From the IMG/VR virus record IMGVR_UViG_3300045988_109372, positions 1 to 37,407 of that record: a stretch of DNA of 37,407 nucleotides; one strand, written 5' to 3'. Both the position numbers and the translations under genes were made by a program. This stretch comes from a virus. The notes under the pieces are model-generated. The model saw only the letters and a list, made by a program, of their open reading frames with translations, made no database searches and was not told the origin of the DNA. Positions 16,904 through 24,879 of the stretch are shown here, piece after piece; the first letter of the stretch is position 1, and every line of letters begins with the position of its first letter.

Positions 16904-17515
16904 ATGGCAAAAGTAATACAGGGTACAGATCGTAAGTCGGCTGTGTGCACAAAGCGTTTTGCGTATGCACCGCTTACAACGGATAACGCCGATACGCTGG
17001 CATACGGTGATGTGACCGAGATCAAGGACATACTTATCACAACAAAGTACACTCCTAAGATGAACAGCGCATCGCAGTATGCGAGCGGCGTTGAAGTTGA
17101 CAGCTATGTAGCTAAGGCAGGCGGTACGCTTGACGTAACAATTGTGAACACAAACTCCGCCGACGAGGTGGCACTTTTCGGCGCAAAGGTAAATACGTCA
17201 ACAGGCGTACTTGAAAGCGGTAAGGACGATGTTGTACCCGATGTAATGTGCATCTACAGCACTATGACATCAGACGGCAAGATAAACCTGTATAAGTTCC
17301 CCAAGTGCAAGTTCACTTCACAGGGCGAGAACGTACAGACGACCGATGAGAACGGCGTAACATTCAACAGCCTTGCATTACAGGCAAACTACAAGGCGCT
17401 TATCAACACAGGCGTTGATATGTACTGCGTAAAGGGTCTTGATCCCGTTACAGACAAGGCGAGCATTGACGCATGGTTTGCGACCGCTGCGGGTGTTATC
17501 GTGGCAGAAGCGTAA
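16904..17515 (+). CDS. Major tail (tube) protein, phi13/TP901-1-like
   Basis: 203 aa. The N-terminus (KRFAYAPLTTDNADTLAYGDV) and overall pattern resemble phi13-family major tail proteins. It sits upstream of the chaperone-like gene. Confidence 0.7.
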   Translation: MAKVIQGTDRKSAVCTKRFAYAPLTTDNADTLAYGDVTEIKDILITTKYTPKMNSASQYASGVEVDSYVAKAGGTLDVTIVNTNSADEVALFGAKVNTSTGVLESGKDDVVPDVMCIYSTMTSDGKINLYKFPKCKFTSQGENVQTTDENGVTFNSLALQANYKALINTGVDMYCVKGLDPVTDKASIDAWFATAAGVIVAEA

Positions 17516-17578
17516 AAAAAGTACAGATATGACGGGGCGGGAAACTGCCCCGAAAATTATCTATAAAGGAGATTCGAT

Positions 17579-18061
17579 GTGTTCACAGAACTTTTAAACA
17601 AGAAAATTTACATCACAGATACTTTATATCTGCGATATGACATAAAAGCGTTTATTGAAGCGGAAGAAAAGGGCATCAGCCCGTTTGAACTGACATTCCC
17701 TCTGCCGCTTGACTACATCAGAGCGGGGCTTCGGTGTTGCTTTGATGAACTGGGGTTCAGCTCGGCACAGCGTTCCGAAATAGTGTCCGACCTAACAACA
17801 CAGTTATCACAGGAATATCTGCAGGACAGGGTGCTTGCCGCAACGACCGCCGCACTTCCTGCGCCGATAGTGGGAAGCAAGCCGACAGAAGAAAAGCCCG
17901 ACTTCAAGAAGCTCCGCAGTCTGTTTATAGATATTATGGGACGAACGGAGGAAGAATTCACATATTCCACGCTGTACGAAATAACGGACAGATGGAACGA
18001 CTACGCAACGTTTATGGGGTACAAAGCCCCGACAGAGAGGTTTGTACAGTATGACGATTAA
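17579..18061 (+). CDS. Putative tail assembly chaperone
   Basis: GTG start 6 nt after AAAGGAG. It follows the tube gene. The C-terminal half (EEEFTYSTLYEITDRWNDY) resembles the T-part of G/GT chaperones. No downstream frameshift extension is possible, because TerL follows. Confidence 0.45.
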   Translation: MFTELLNKKIYITDTLYLRYDIKAFIEAEEKGISPFELTFPLPLDYIRAGLRCCFDELGFSSAQRSEIVSDLTTQLSQEYLQDRVLAATTAALPAPIVGSKPTEEKPDFKKLRSLFIDIMGRTEEEFTYSTLYEITDRWNDYATFMGYKAPTERFVQYDD

Positions 18062-19712
18062 AGACAGCCGTGCATACAAATACGCCGTGTGGGCATCGCA
18101 GGACAGCTCCGGCAAGGTCGGAAGATACGTCAGAAAGCAGTGCGCCGAATGGCTTAAAGCTGTCGATGACGGTTATGTAGATGTTCAGGAATGGAACAAG
18201 ATAACCGCACTGCTCAAAGCCATACAGCACCCGGACTTAGGCCGTGATATGTACTCATCGCTTGAAGATTACAGCTTGCTTTTTATCTATGCGGTGCTTT
18301 GCACAAAAACAGACGGAAAACTGTATTACAGCACGGGACTGCTCGAAATCGCCCGAAAGAACTACAAGACGTTCACAGCGGCGGTAATATTCATCATCGG
18401 TATGCTGACGCTGCCCCGATTTTCCCGTCTGTTCTCTGTAGCTCCCGACTTAAAGCTGTCAAGCGAGCTGAAAGTAGCAATTAAGAAAATCATAAAATCT
18501 TCACCGCTGCTTGAAAAGCATTTCAAGGTTATGCGGTCTGAGATACGCTGTCTGATGTGCGACACGGAGTACACGCCGCTTGCGTATAGTAAGGATAAGC
18601 TGGACGGTAAGCTGGCTCACTTGTTTCTTGCCGATGAAGTCGGGGCTATGGACGGCTATCCGGTTGAAGCAATGCGTTCCTCGCAGATTACGCTTAAGAG
18701 CAAGCTCGGAATACTGATTTCCACACAGTACCCGAATGATGATAACGGCTTAAAGGACGAAATCGACATAGCCAAGAAACAACTTGACGGGGTGTACAGC
18801 TCCGGCAAGAAATATTTTGCATTGCTGTATGAGCCGGACATTGAGCTTGTACCCGACTGGAAGACGAACGACAGCGTGCTGTATCAGTCGAACCCTGTAG
18901 CTGTCGATAATGCAGATCTGTTCTCGGAACTGAAAGACAACCGTCAACTTGCCGTGCTGTATGAAAACAAGCGCGAGAACTTCCTCTGCAAGCACTGTAA
19001 TATTCAGTACAAGGGTGTCGGCAGTGAGGGCTATGTTGACCTTATATCCGTGCAAAACTGCTCTGAGGACGTGCCTGACGAGTTCTGGCGGGGGAAGATA
19101 GTCTATCTCGGGCTTGACCTCTCACAGACTGAGGATAACACAGCGCTCGCTATGATATGCTATCACGAGGGCAAGATATATGTTAAGGTGGTAGCGTTTG
19201 TTCCTGCCGAAAAGGTTGAGGAAAAATCGGTAAAGGAGCACATCAATTACAAGACACATATCGCAAACGGTGATTGCTTTGCGTGCGGCGATTATATCAT
19301 AGACTACGGATTTGTGGAAAATTACATACTGACGCTGAAAGAAAAGTACGGCGTTATAATAGCTCAGCTTGGCTTTGACCGCTGGAACGCACTCTCAACG
19401 GTGCAGAAGCTCGAAAGCGCAGAAGATCCGATAGAGTGCGTAGAGATACGACAGCATTCAAGCGTGCTTCATGCTCCGACAAAGTGGCTCAAAGAACAGA
19501 TACTCACAGGAAATGTCGTTTTCGCAAAGAACGAACTGCTTGAGATAAATTTCAGCAACGCAAGATGTACAGAGGACACAAATTTAAATAAATACGTTAA
19601 TAAAAAGCGCTCTGCCGGCAAGGTCGATATGGTGGTGTCGCTGATAAATGCGGTGTATCTGCTTCAGCAGGAGATACTCAACGGCGATTGCGGCGTGTTT
19701 GTGCAGTATTGA
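18051..19712 (+). CDS. terL: Terminase large subunit (Terminase_1 family) in a non-canonical position
   Basis: The N-terminus is AYKYAVWA...GRYVRKQCAEWL. It has a Walker-A-like ARKNYKT, Walker B LFLADEVGA, the nuclease-half motifs GLDLSQTEDNTAL and FDRWNA, and a C-terminal KVDMVVSLINAV. All are in the order remembered for PF03354-type TerL. ATG 18051 is preferred over TTG 18042. Confidence 0.85.
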   Translation: MTIKDSRAYKYAVWASQDSSGKVGRYVRKQCAEWLKAVDDGYVDVQEWNKITALLKAIQHPDLGRDMYSSLEDYSLLFIYAVLCTKTDGKLYYSTGLLEIARKNYKTFTAAVIFIIGMLTLPRFSRLFSVAPDLKLSSELKVAIKKIIKSSPLLEKHFKVMRSEIRCLMCDTEYTPLAYSKDKLDGKLAHLFLADEVGAMDGYPVEAMRSSQITLKSKLGILISTQYPNDDNGLKDEIDIAKKQLDGVYSSGKKYFALLYEPDIELVPDWKTNDSVLYQSNPVAVDNADLFSELKDNRQLAVLYENKRENFLCKHCNIQYKGVGSEGYVDLISVQNCSEDVPDEFWRGKIVYLGLDLSQTEDNTALAMICYHEGKIYVKVVAFVPAEKVEEKSVKEHINYKTHIANGDCFACGDYIIDYGFVENYILTLKEKYGVIIAQLGFDRWNALSTVQKLESAEDPIECVEIRQHSSVLHAPTKWLKEQILTGNVVFAKNELLEINFSNARCTEDTNLNKYVNKKRSAGKVDMVVSLINAVYLLQQEILNGDCGVFVQY

Positions 19713-19737
19713 CAATATTGTCTGTTCGCGGTATAAT
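19709..19737 (+). promoter_or_regulatory. Consensus sigma-70/sigA promoter (TTGACA-17 nt-TATAAT) for the moron cassette
   Basis: TTGACA at 19709..19714, overlapping the TerL stop codon. An exact 17-nt spacer follows, then TATAAT at 19732..19737. AAAGGAGG and ATG 19763 lie downstream. Confidence 0.7.
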
Positions 19738-19762
19738 GTAGGTAGAAAAGGAGGAAATACTT

Positions 19763-20029
19763 ATGTATTTGAAATTGTTAACTATGGGCGGACAGGCAGC
19801 GACAGCGTCCAGTGCATCATTATCCCCGATTTTTTCGGCTGTGCTTATAGGAATAGCGCTAGGTGCCTTCATTTTTTATGGCATTTGTAAAATTGGAATA
19901 CCTAAGAATGCAGACAGAAACGAGAAATACTATTTGCAGGGGATTTACAGATTTTTAGCGGTAATATGCTTGATTATTGTGATTTCTGCATGTGTAGGTC
20001 TGACAATGGCAATATCGATGTTTATTTAA
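19763..20029 (+). CDS. Small integral membrane protein (88 aa, about 2 TM helices)
   Basis: There is a strong RBS, AAAGGAGG. Two hydrophobic segments are present (IFSAVLIGIALGAFIFYGI and FLAVICLIIVISACVGLTMAI). It shares its first 7 codons with the next gene. Confidence 0.65.
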   Translation: MYLKLLTMGGQAATASSASLSPIFSAVLIGIALGAFIFYGICKIGIPKNADRNEKYYLQGIYRFLAVICLIIVISACVGLTMAISMFI

Positions 20030-20050
20030 TGCAAAAAAGAGAGGTCACTT

Positions 20051-21067
20051 ATGTATTTGAAATTGTTGACTACTGATTCCGCAACCAATATCGTGAATGG
20101 CATATTTATTATAATTATGCTGTTTATATTGTGGGCGTGTATAAATTTGTTTTGTTATTCAATAAAACGTAGCAAACTAAACAAACAGTATATTGAAGAA
20201 AGCGGTTACAAGGCTACCGATGAATTGGGTGATCTTAAAGTAGATAAAAATAATTCTGTCTGGTGGGTAAAAAATTATTTTGGTGAGCCTAAAATTCATA
20301 ACTTCGGCGAAGTGATTGATTATGAACTTGTTGTAAATGACAACACTGTCAAAGGAAAAGGTGCATTTTCAAGAGCTGTTGCAGGTGGATTATTAGCAGG
20401 CGGTGTCGGAGCGGTGATTGGAGCATCTACAGCCAAGCGCATAACTGTTGTTACAGCACTGTATATTAACGTGTATCTGAAAGACGGCACACTTGAAAGA
20501 ATAAACTTCATTAACACCGCAACTAAAGCAGATTCTTTTACATATAACACGATGAAGGATTGTGCTGAAAAAGCCAGTGCTTTGTTTACGGCTATGATTG
20601 CGGACAATGAAAGCAAAAACGCCGCTCCTGCTCAGGCTATAAGTGCGGCAGATGAGATAGCAAAGTACAAAAAACTGCTTGATGACGGCGCAATAACCGA
20701 AGAAGAATACAACGCAGTGAAAAAGCAGACTTTTGAAAATGTTACAAGCGGACTGACTGAATATGATACGTTTTTCACGAAAGTAGCCGGCGTAACGCAT
20801 AACGGCATACAGCTTATATTGCCAAAATTAAAAAGCGGCTTACCTTTATGTTTTGTCAGAGAAGCAGATAATCCTTATGACGACAATGCTATAAGGGTAG
20901 AGTGCAACGGCAGAAAAATCGGATATTTGCGAGCTGAGCTGGCGGCTGATTTAGCGCCTATTGTAGATAATGGCGGTGCGATAACAGGCACTATTGCAAA
21001 AATAACGGGCGGCGACGGCGCATCGTATGGCTGTAATATAGAAATTACAGTATGGACAAAACTTTAA
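20051..21067 (+). CDS. Membrane-anchored protein: N-terminal TM, Gly-zipper-containing domain, SHOCT motif, C-terminal HIRAN domain
   Basis: The TM segment is IVNGIFIIIMLFILWACINLFCY, followed by KRSKLNK (positive-inside, so the C-terminus is cytoplasmic). It has a Gly-zipper (AVAGGLLAGGVGAVIGAS) and a SHOCT-like DEIAKYKKLLDDGAITEEEYNAVKKQ. The HIRAN signature is KVAGVTH...SGLPLCFVREADNPYDDNAIRVECNGRKIGYLRAELAADLAPIVDNGG. Confidence 0.8.
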   Translation: MYLKLLTTDSATNIVNGIFIIIMLFILWACINLFCYSIKRSKLNKQYIEESGYKATDELGDLKVDKNNSVWWVKNYFGEPKIHNFGEVIDYELVVNDNTVKGKGAFSRAVAGGLLAGGVGAVIGASTAKRITVVTALYINVYLKDGTLERINFINTATKADSFTYNTMKDCAEKASALFTAMIADNESKNAAPAQAISAADEIAKYKKLLDDGAITEEEYNAVKKQTFENVTSGLTEYDTFFTKVAGVTHNGIQLILPKLKSGLPLCFVREADNPYDDNAIRVECNGRKIGYLRAELAADLAPIVDNGGAITGTIAKITGGDGASYGCNIEITVWTKL

Positions 21068-21071
21068 GATC

Positions 21072-21105
21072 AAGCACATCTGAGAGGGTGTGCTTTTCTT
21101 ATGCC
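21072..21105 (+). terminator. Hairpin element E (hairpin family) after the HIRAN gene
   Basis: agcacatc-tgagag-ggtgtgct followed by tttcttatgcc. It starts 5 nt after the stop. Confidence 0.55.
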
Positions 21106-21121
21106 CAAAACTGAATAAATC

Positions 21122-21153
21122 ATCCACTCCGAAAGGGGTGGATTTTTTATACC
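21122..21153 (+). terminator. Hairpin element C (GAAA tetraloop, hairpin family)
   Basis: atccactcc-gaaa-ggggtggat followed by tttttatacc (a run of six T). Confidence 0.6.
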
Positions 21154-21177
21154 AAATTTTCTGAAAGGAGCGATAAA

Positions 21178-21675
21178 ATGTCCGATGATTTATTTACTCT
21201 TGATCTGTCCGGAATGGACCTTAAAGATCTCATTCAAGTAGTAAACGAAATGGATAGCAAGCTGAACAGCAAGATTATCCCCGGAATTCTTGAAGAAGTC
21301 GGCGATGAGCTGATAAACGAAGAACGGCGAATGCTGCAGGGCAGGTCAAACAAAGACGGCTCTCCGACAAAGCTCAGCGGTCTGTTGTCAAAGCAGATAA
21401 CGAAAACAGGCAAGCTGTACAAGGTAAAAGCCGGATATGACACAGCCGCAATAAAAGCGCACCCTGAAAGCGTGATTATCGAGTTTGGAAGACCGGGCAA
21501 GAAAAGCCGCAAGAAAGGCGGCAGGGATAAGCTCGGCAGAAAAATAGGCGCTGTGCAGTCATACTCGCACATCAGAGCGGCGCTTATATCAAAGAAGAAA
21601 GCAATCACGGAACTTGCGGAAAACCGCTTCCGTGACGAAATAGAAGAACTGTGGGAAAAAGGAGGTAAAAAATAA
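21178..21675 (+). CDS. HK97 gp10-like head-tail joining/tail-completion protein (displaced)
   Basis: KVKAGYD......HPESVIIEFGRPG matches the gp10-family core (..vg......ya..vEfGt). It carries a basic insertion, KKSRKKGGRDKLGRK. Such genes normally lie between the head-closure and tube genes, not next to the tape measure. Confidence 0.55.
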   Translation: MSDDLFTLDLSGMDLKDLIQVVNEMDSKLNSKIIPGILEEVGDELINEERRMLQGRSNKDGSPTKLSGLLSKQITKTGKLYKVKAGYDTAAIKAHPESVIIEFGRPGKKSRKKGGRDKLGRKIGAVQSYSHIRAALISKKKAITELAENRFRDEIEELWEKGGKK

Positions 21676-24600
21676 TGGCACAGGAACTTACTGCGAATTT
21701 CGGGGCAAACAGTACAAAATTTTCTAAGGGCGTACAGAAAATAAAAGCACAGCTCACTGAGCTTAACAAAGCCCTTGAGCTCAACAAACAGGCGATCGCG
21801 GACACAAACAAAAAAGCTAAGGAGTATCAAAAAGAGCTTGATGAGCTGAAAAAAGCCGAAAAAGAAAACGGCACGGTTACAAAGGAACAAAAAACTCGAA
21901 TTTCAGAGCTTGAAAAAGCTCTCGATAAAGCACGGACTAAAGCCGCACAGCTTAAAGCTGAGCAGATTGACTTGAAAACCGAGCTTAAAGAAACTACAAG
22001 CGAGCTAAAAAATCATAAATCCGGAATATCAAGTGTTTCAACCGAAATGAATAAGTTGAAAACTATGATAACCGGCTTTATAGCGGCTTACGGTGGTAAA
22101 AAGCTGTGGGATTTACTCATAGGCTCAAATGCTGAAATGGAGCAGTATACAACCTCGCTTGAAGTTATGCTCGGCTCTGCCGAAAAAGCGTCGGCAATGA
22201 TAGCGGAAATGCGTGAGTTTGCCGCTAAGACACCGCTTACACTGGATAATGTAATATCCAGCGGTACTATGCTGATGAGCTACGGTGTAGACGAAAGCAA
22301 CCTTATCGGCACTATGACAAAACTCGGAGATCTCGCAAGCGGTAACGCCGAAAAAATGGACAGAATAACGCTTGCCTACGGTCAGATGCTTGCAAAGGGC
22401 AAGGTCACAGGCGAAGAACTAAGGCAGATGGCGGAGGCAGGTGTACCGCTTCAGACGGCGCTTGCCGAAAGCATAGGTGTAACCGGTGAAGAGTTCTCGA
22501 AAATGGTATCAAAGGGCGAGGTCGGCATAGACGCTCTGAACAAGGCTATAACTGAACTTACAACGGGTGACGGTAAGTTTGCGGGAATGATGGAAAAGCA
22601 GTCGCAGACTATGCAGGGTATGCTGAGTACTATGCAGGACAACATAACCGAGTTCTTCCGCAAAATGGGTGAGGGCGCTTTCGGAGAAGTAAAGTCGGCA
22701 TTGCAAGATGTCAGCGATCAGCTGGCAGAATGGGAACAGGACGGAACGCTTGACGAATGGGCACAGGGAGTAGGCGTTATGCTGAAAAACCTTGTTGCTT
22801 TTATGAAGCAGGCTATCTCTGTAGGGCTTGACTTCAAGGAAGCGATAATAGCGGGAGCTGTGGCGCTCGGTACATTTAAAATCGGCATTGGAATAGGTAA
22901 TGTTATAAGCGCAACAGTTTCAGCAATAAGGAGCTTTACAACTGCGACAAAGGCGGCAACCACAGCGCAGGCGGCTTTTAATGCTGTCGGCGCGGCAAAT
23001 CAGTATGCGTTTATCGGTGCAGCCATATTATCGGTCATAGCAACTGTGGCAACCCTTGTAACCACTACAAATAATGCTACTCAGTCCATTGAAGAATTGA
23101 CACAGGCGGCTTCTGAGCTGTCTGACGAAGCGCAGAAATCTGCTGATAAAGCTAAAACACTTGAAGAAGTAATGTCAAAATATGAGGACGCTTCTACTAA
23201 AGTTCAGTCCGCCGCCGAGAAAACACAAACACTGAAAGACTTGCAGGAACAGCTTAACAGTGCATACGGTGATACTAAGGAAGCTATAGACCTTGTGAAT
23301 GACAGCTATACCGAGAATATAAAGAAACTGCAGGCGGCGACAGAAGCAGAGCGAGAAAATGCAAGGATTCAAGCGCAGGCGGCTGTAAATAAAAATAATC
23401 AGGCGCAGAGAGCGTTGACTGATGACGTAATTTCAGAAACGTCAGATTTAATGGGAAATAAACTCGGTGGCAGTGAATCTGCTATTATTGGAATAAATGG
23501 CATTAAAAACGGTTCTATAACTAATCCAAATATAAAAATCGGAAATGCGCCTGTCGGAATGGGTACGAGCGCAATGGCACCCGCCGTAATAATCGGCGGT
23601 GAAACATTTGCCGAAAAAGCGCAGGCGTATTTAGATTATGCTCACTATCTTGAATCGGTAGGACAGAAAGAATCAGAAATATACAACATAGTCGCCGAAA
23701 AACACAAGGAGTATACAAATTTATCCAAGCAAGCCGCCGAAGATGAAGCCCTCCTCGCCACCGCAACGGAAACCACAACGAAGAAAACCGAAGAAAACAC
23801 CGAAACCAAAAACAACAACATAAAAACCACCGAAGAACTCACCGACAGCACAGCAGATCTTATAAAAAATCTTGATGAGCTGGCTTCCGCCTACGCAGAG
23901 CAGGGGAAGAACGGCAATATATCCTATGACACTATGCTGAAGCTGATAGACGCAGGGTATACGCAGTGTGTCAGCCTTGACAACGAAACAGGCAAGATAA
24001 AGCTGAACACAGAAGCGTACAAGGAGCTTGCAAAGGCAAAGCTCGCTTCACAGATAGCGGAGTACGATGCTAAAATCGCCGAATCAGACGATTATCAGAA
24101 AAAGTACGATGAAGCCTTTAAGGCAAATGATGCCGCAGGTATGGCGAAATACTCAAAGCTGCTTATCTATGGCGAAATAGAGGGCGACACCGATAAGCTC
24201 AAGCGTGACGCACTGCAGGCGATGTATGACAACTTCGATACCTATATGGAAGCTGGCAGTTTCAGCGGTTCGGGCAGCTCTTCATCGTCAAGCAGTTCCG
24301 ATAACGAGTTTAAGAAAGCTTCGGAGGCATACAAGACCGAAGCAGACAAGAAAATAGCCCTCATAAAGCGTGAACTTGAAGCAAAGAAAGAGCTTCGTGA
24401 CGCTACGATAAAAGCGATTGACGATGAAATCGAAGCCCGCAAGCGTCTGAACGAGGACAACGACCTTGAAAAGCAGATAAACGAGGTCAAGGCTCAGCTG
24501 AAATACGGTCAGCTTGACGAATTTTCGCGCGAGCAGATGGAGAAAAAACTACAGGGGCTGTATGATGATAAAGCGGAAAAGGAATGGCAGAGAAATGCAC

Positions 24601-24869
24601 AGGCGCGCAAAAATGCCGCAAACGCAAAGTATGAAAGCGAGCAGAAAAGCTACAACAATCAGATCAGCGCAATCAACGAAAGTCTGAAAACCGTACAGCA
24701 GATTATGTCGGCTATGGCTGACGGCTCAAAAACCGTTGAAAGCATAGTCAATAACGACAATACACGGAATAACACGGCGAACGTTAACCTTATCGGTACG
24801 ACTCTGACAATGGCTCAGATAACAAAGGCGGTCAAAGACGCACTGATGGACGATATTGTAATCAGATAA
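21675..24869 (+). CDS. Tail tape measure protein
   Basis: 1064 aa with long coiled coils. A central segment (FAAKTPLTLDNVISSGTMLMSYGV...LGDLASGN...ITLAYGQMLAKGKVTGEELRQMAEAGVPL) is typical of the tape-measure N-terminal domain. It also has a hydrophobic Gly/Ala-rich segment. Confidence 0.9.
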   Translation: MAQELTANFGANSTKFSKGVQKIKAQLTELNKALELNKQAIADTNKKAKEYQKELDELKKAEKENGTVTKEQKTRISELEKALDKARTKAAQLKAEQIDLKTELKETTSELKNHKSGISSVSTEMNKLKTMITGFIAAYGGKKLWDLLIGSNAEMEQYTTSLEVMLGSAEKASAMIAEMREFAAKTPLTLDNVISSGTMLMSYGVDESNLIGTMTKLGDLASGNAEKMDRITLAYGQMLAKGKVTGEELRQMAEAGVPLQTALAESIGVTGEEFSKMVSKGEVGIDALNKAITELTTGDGKFAGMMEKQSQTMQGMLSTMQDNITEFFRKMGEGAFGEVKSALQDVSDQLAEWEQDGTLDEWAQGVGVMLKNLVAFMKQAISVGLDFKEAIIAGAVALGTFKIGIGIGNVISATVSAIRSFTTATKAATTAQAAFNAVGAANQYAFIGAAILSVIATVATLVTTTNNATQSIEELTQAASELSDEAQKSADKAKTLEEVMSKYEDASTKVQSAAEKTQTLKDLQEQLNSAYGDTKEAIDLVNDSYTENIKKLQAATEAERENARIQAQAAVNKNNQAQRALTDDVISETSDLMGNKLGGSESAIIGINGIKNGSITNPNIKIGNAPVGMGTSAMAPAVIIGGETFAEKAQAYLDYAHYLESVGQKESEIYNIVAEKHKEYTNLSKQAAEDEALLATATETTTKKTEENTETKNNNIKTTEELTDSTADLIKNLDELASAYAEQGKNGNISYDTMLKLIDAGYTQCVSLDNETGKIKLNTEAYKELAKAKLASQIAEYDAKIAESDDYQKKYDEAFKANDAAGMAKYSKLLIYGEIEGDTDKLKRDALQAMYDNFDTYMEAGSFSGSGSSSSSSSSDNEFKKASEAYKTEADKKIALIKRELEAKKELRDATIKAIDDEIEARKRLNEDNDLEKQINEVKAQLKYGQLDEFSREQMEKKLQGLYDDKAEKEWQRNAQARKNAANAKYESEQKSYNNQISAINESLKTVQQIMSAMADGSKTVESIVNNDNTRNNTANVNLIGTTLTMAQITKAVKDALMDDIVIR

Positions 24870-24879
24870 GGAGAAAAGT

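Noticed and set aside
17533-17552. Hairpin CGGGGC-8 nt-GCCCCG after the major tail gene as a terminator
   Set aside because: It is followed by AAAATT rather than a U-tract on the + strand. It may be an RNA-stabilising or attenuating stem, but it cannot be called a terminator with confidence.
17590-17600. Slippery heptamer T-TTA-AAC near the start of the chaperone-like gene as a G/GT -1 frameshift site
   Set aside because: It lies at codons 5-7, far too early for a chaperone frameshift. The downstream sequence is TerL rather than a T-extension. No other convincing slippery site was found by eye.
21234-21890. 218-aa minus-strand ORF spanning the gp10-like/tape-measure junction
   Set aside because: It is antisense to two supported genes. 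Its translation is Phe/Ser/Leu-rich low complexity, with no start context.
24262-24300. Ser-run (GSGSSSSSSSSD) in the tape measure as a separate feature or hypervariable site
   Set aside because: It is a short low-complexity linker inside a continuous ORF, which is common in tape measure proteins. There is no DNA-level tandem repeat structure beyond codon reuse.
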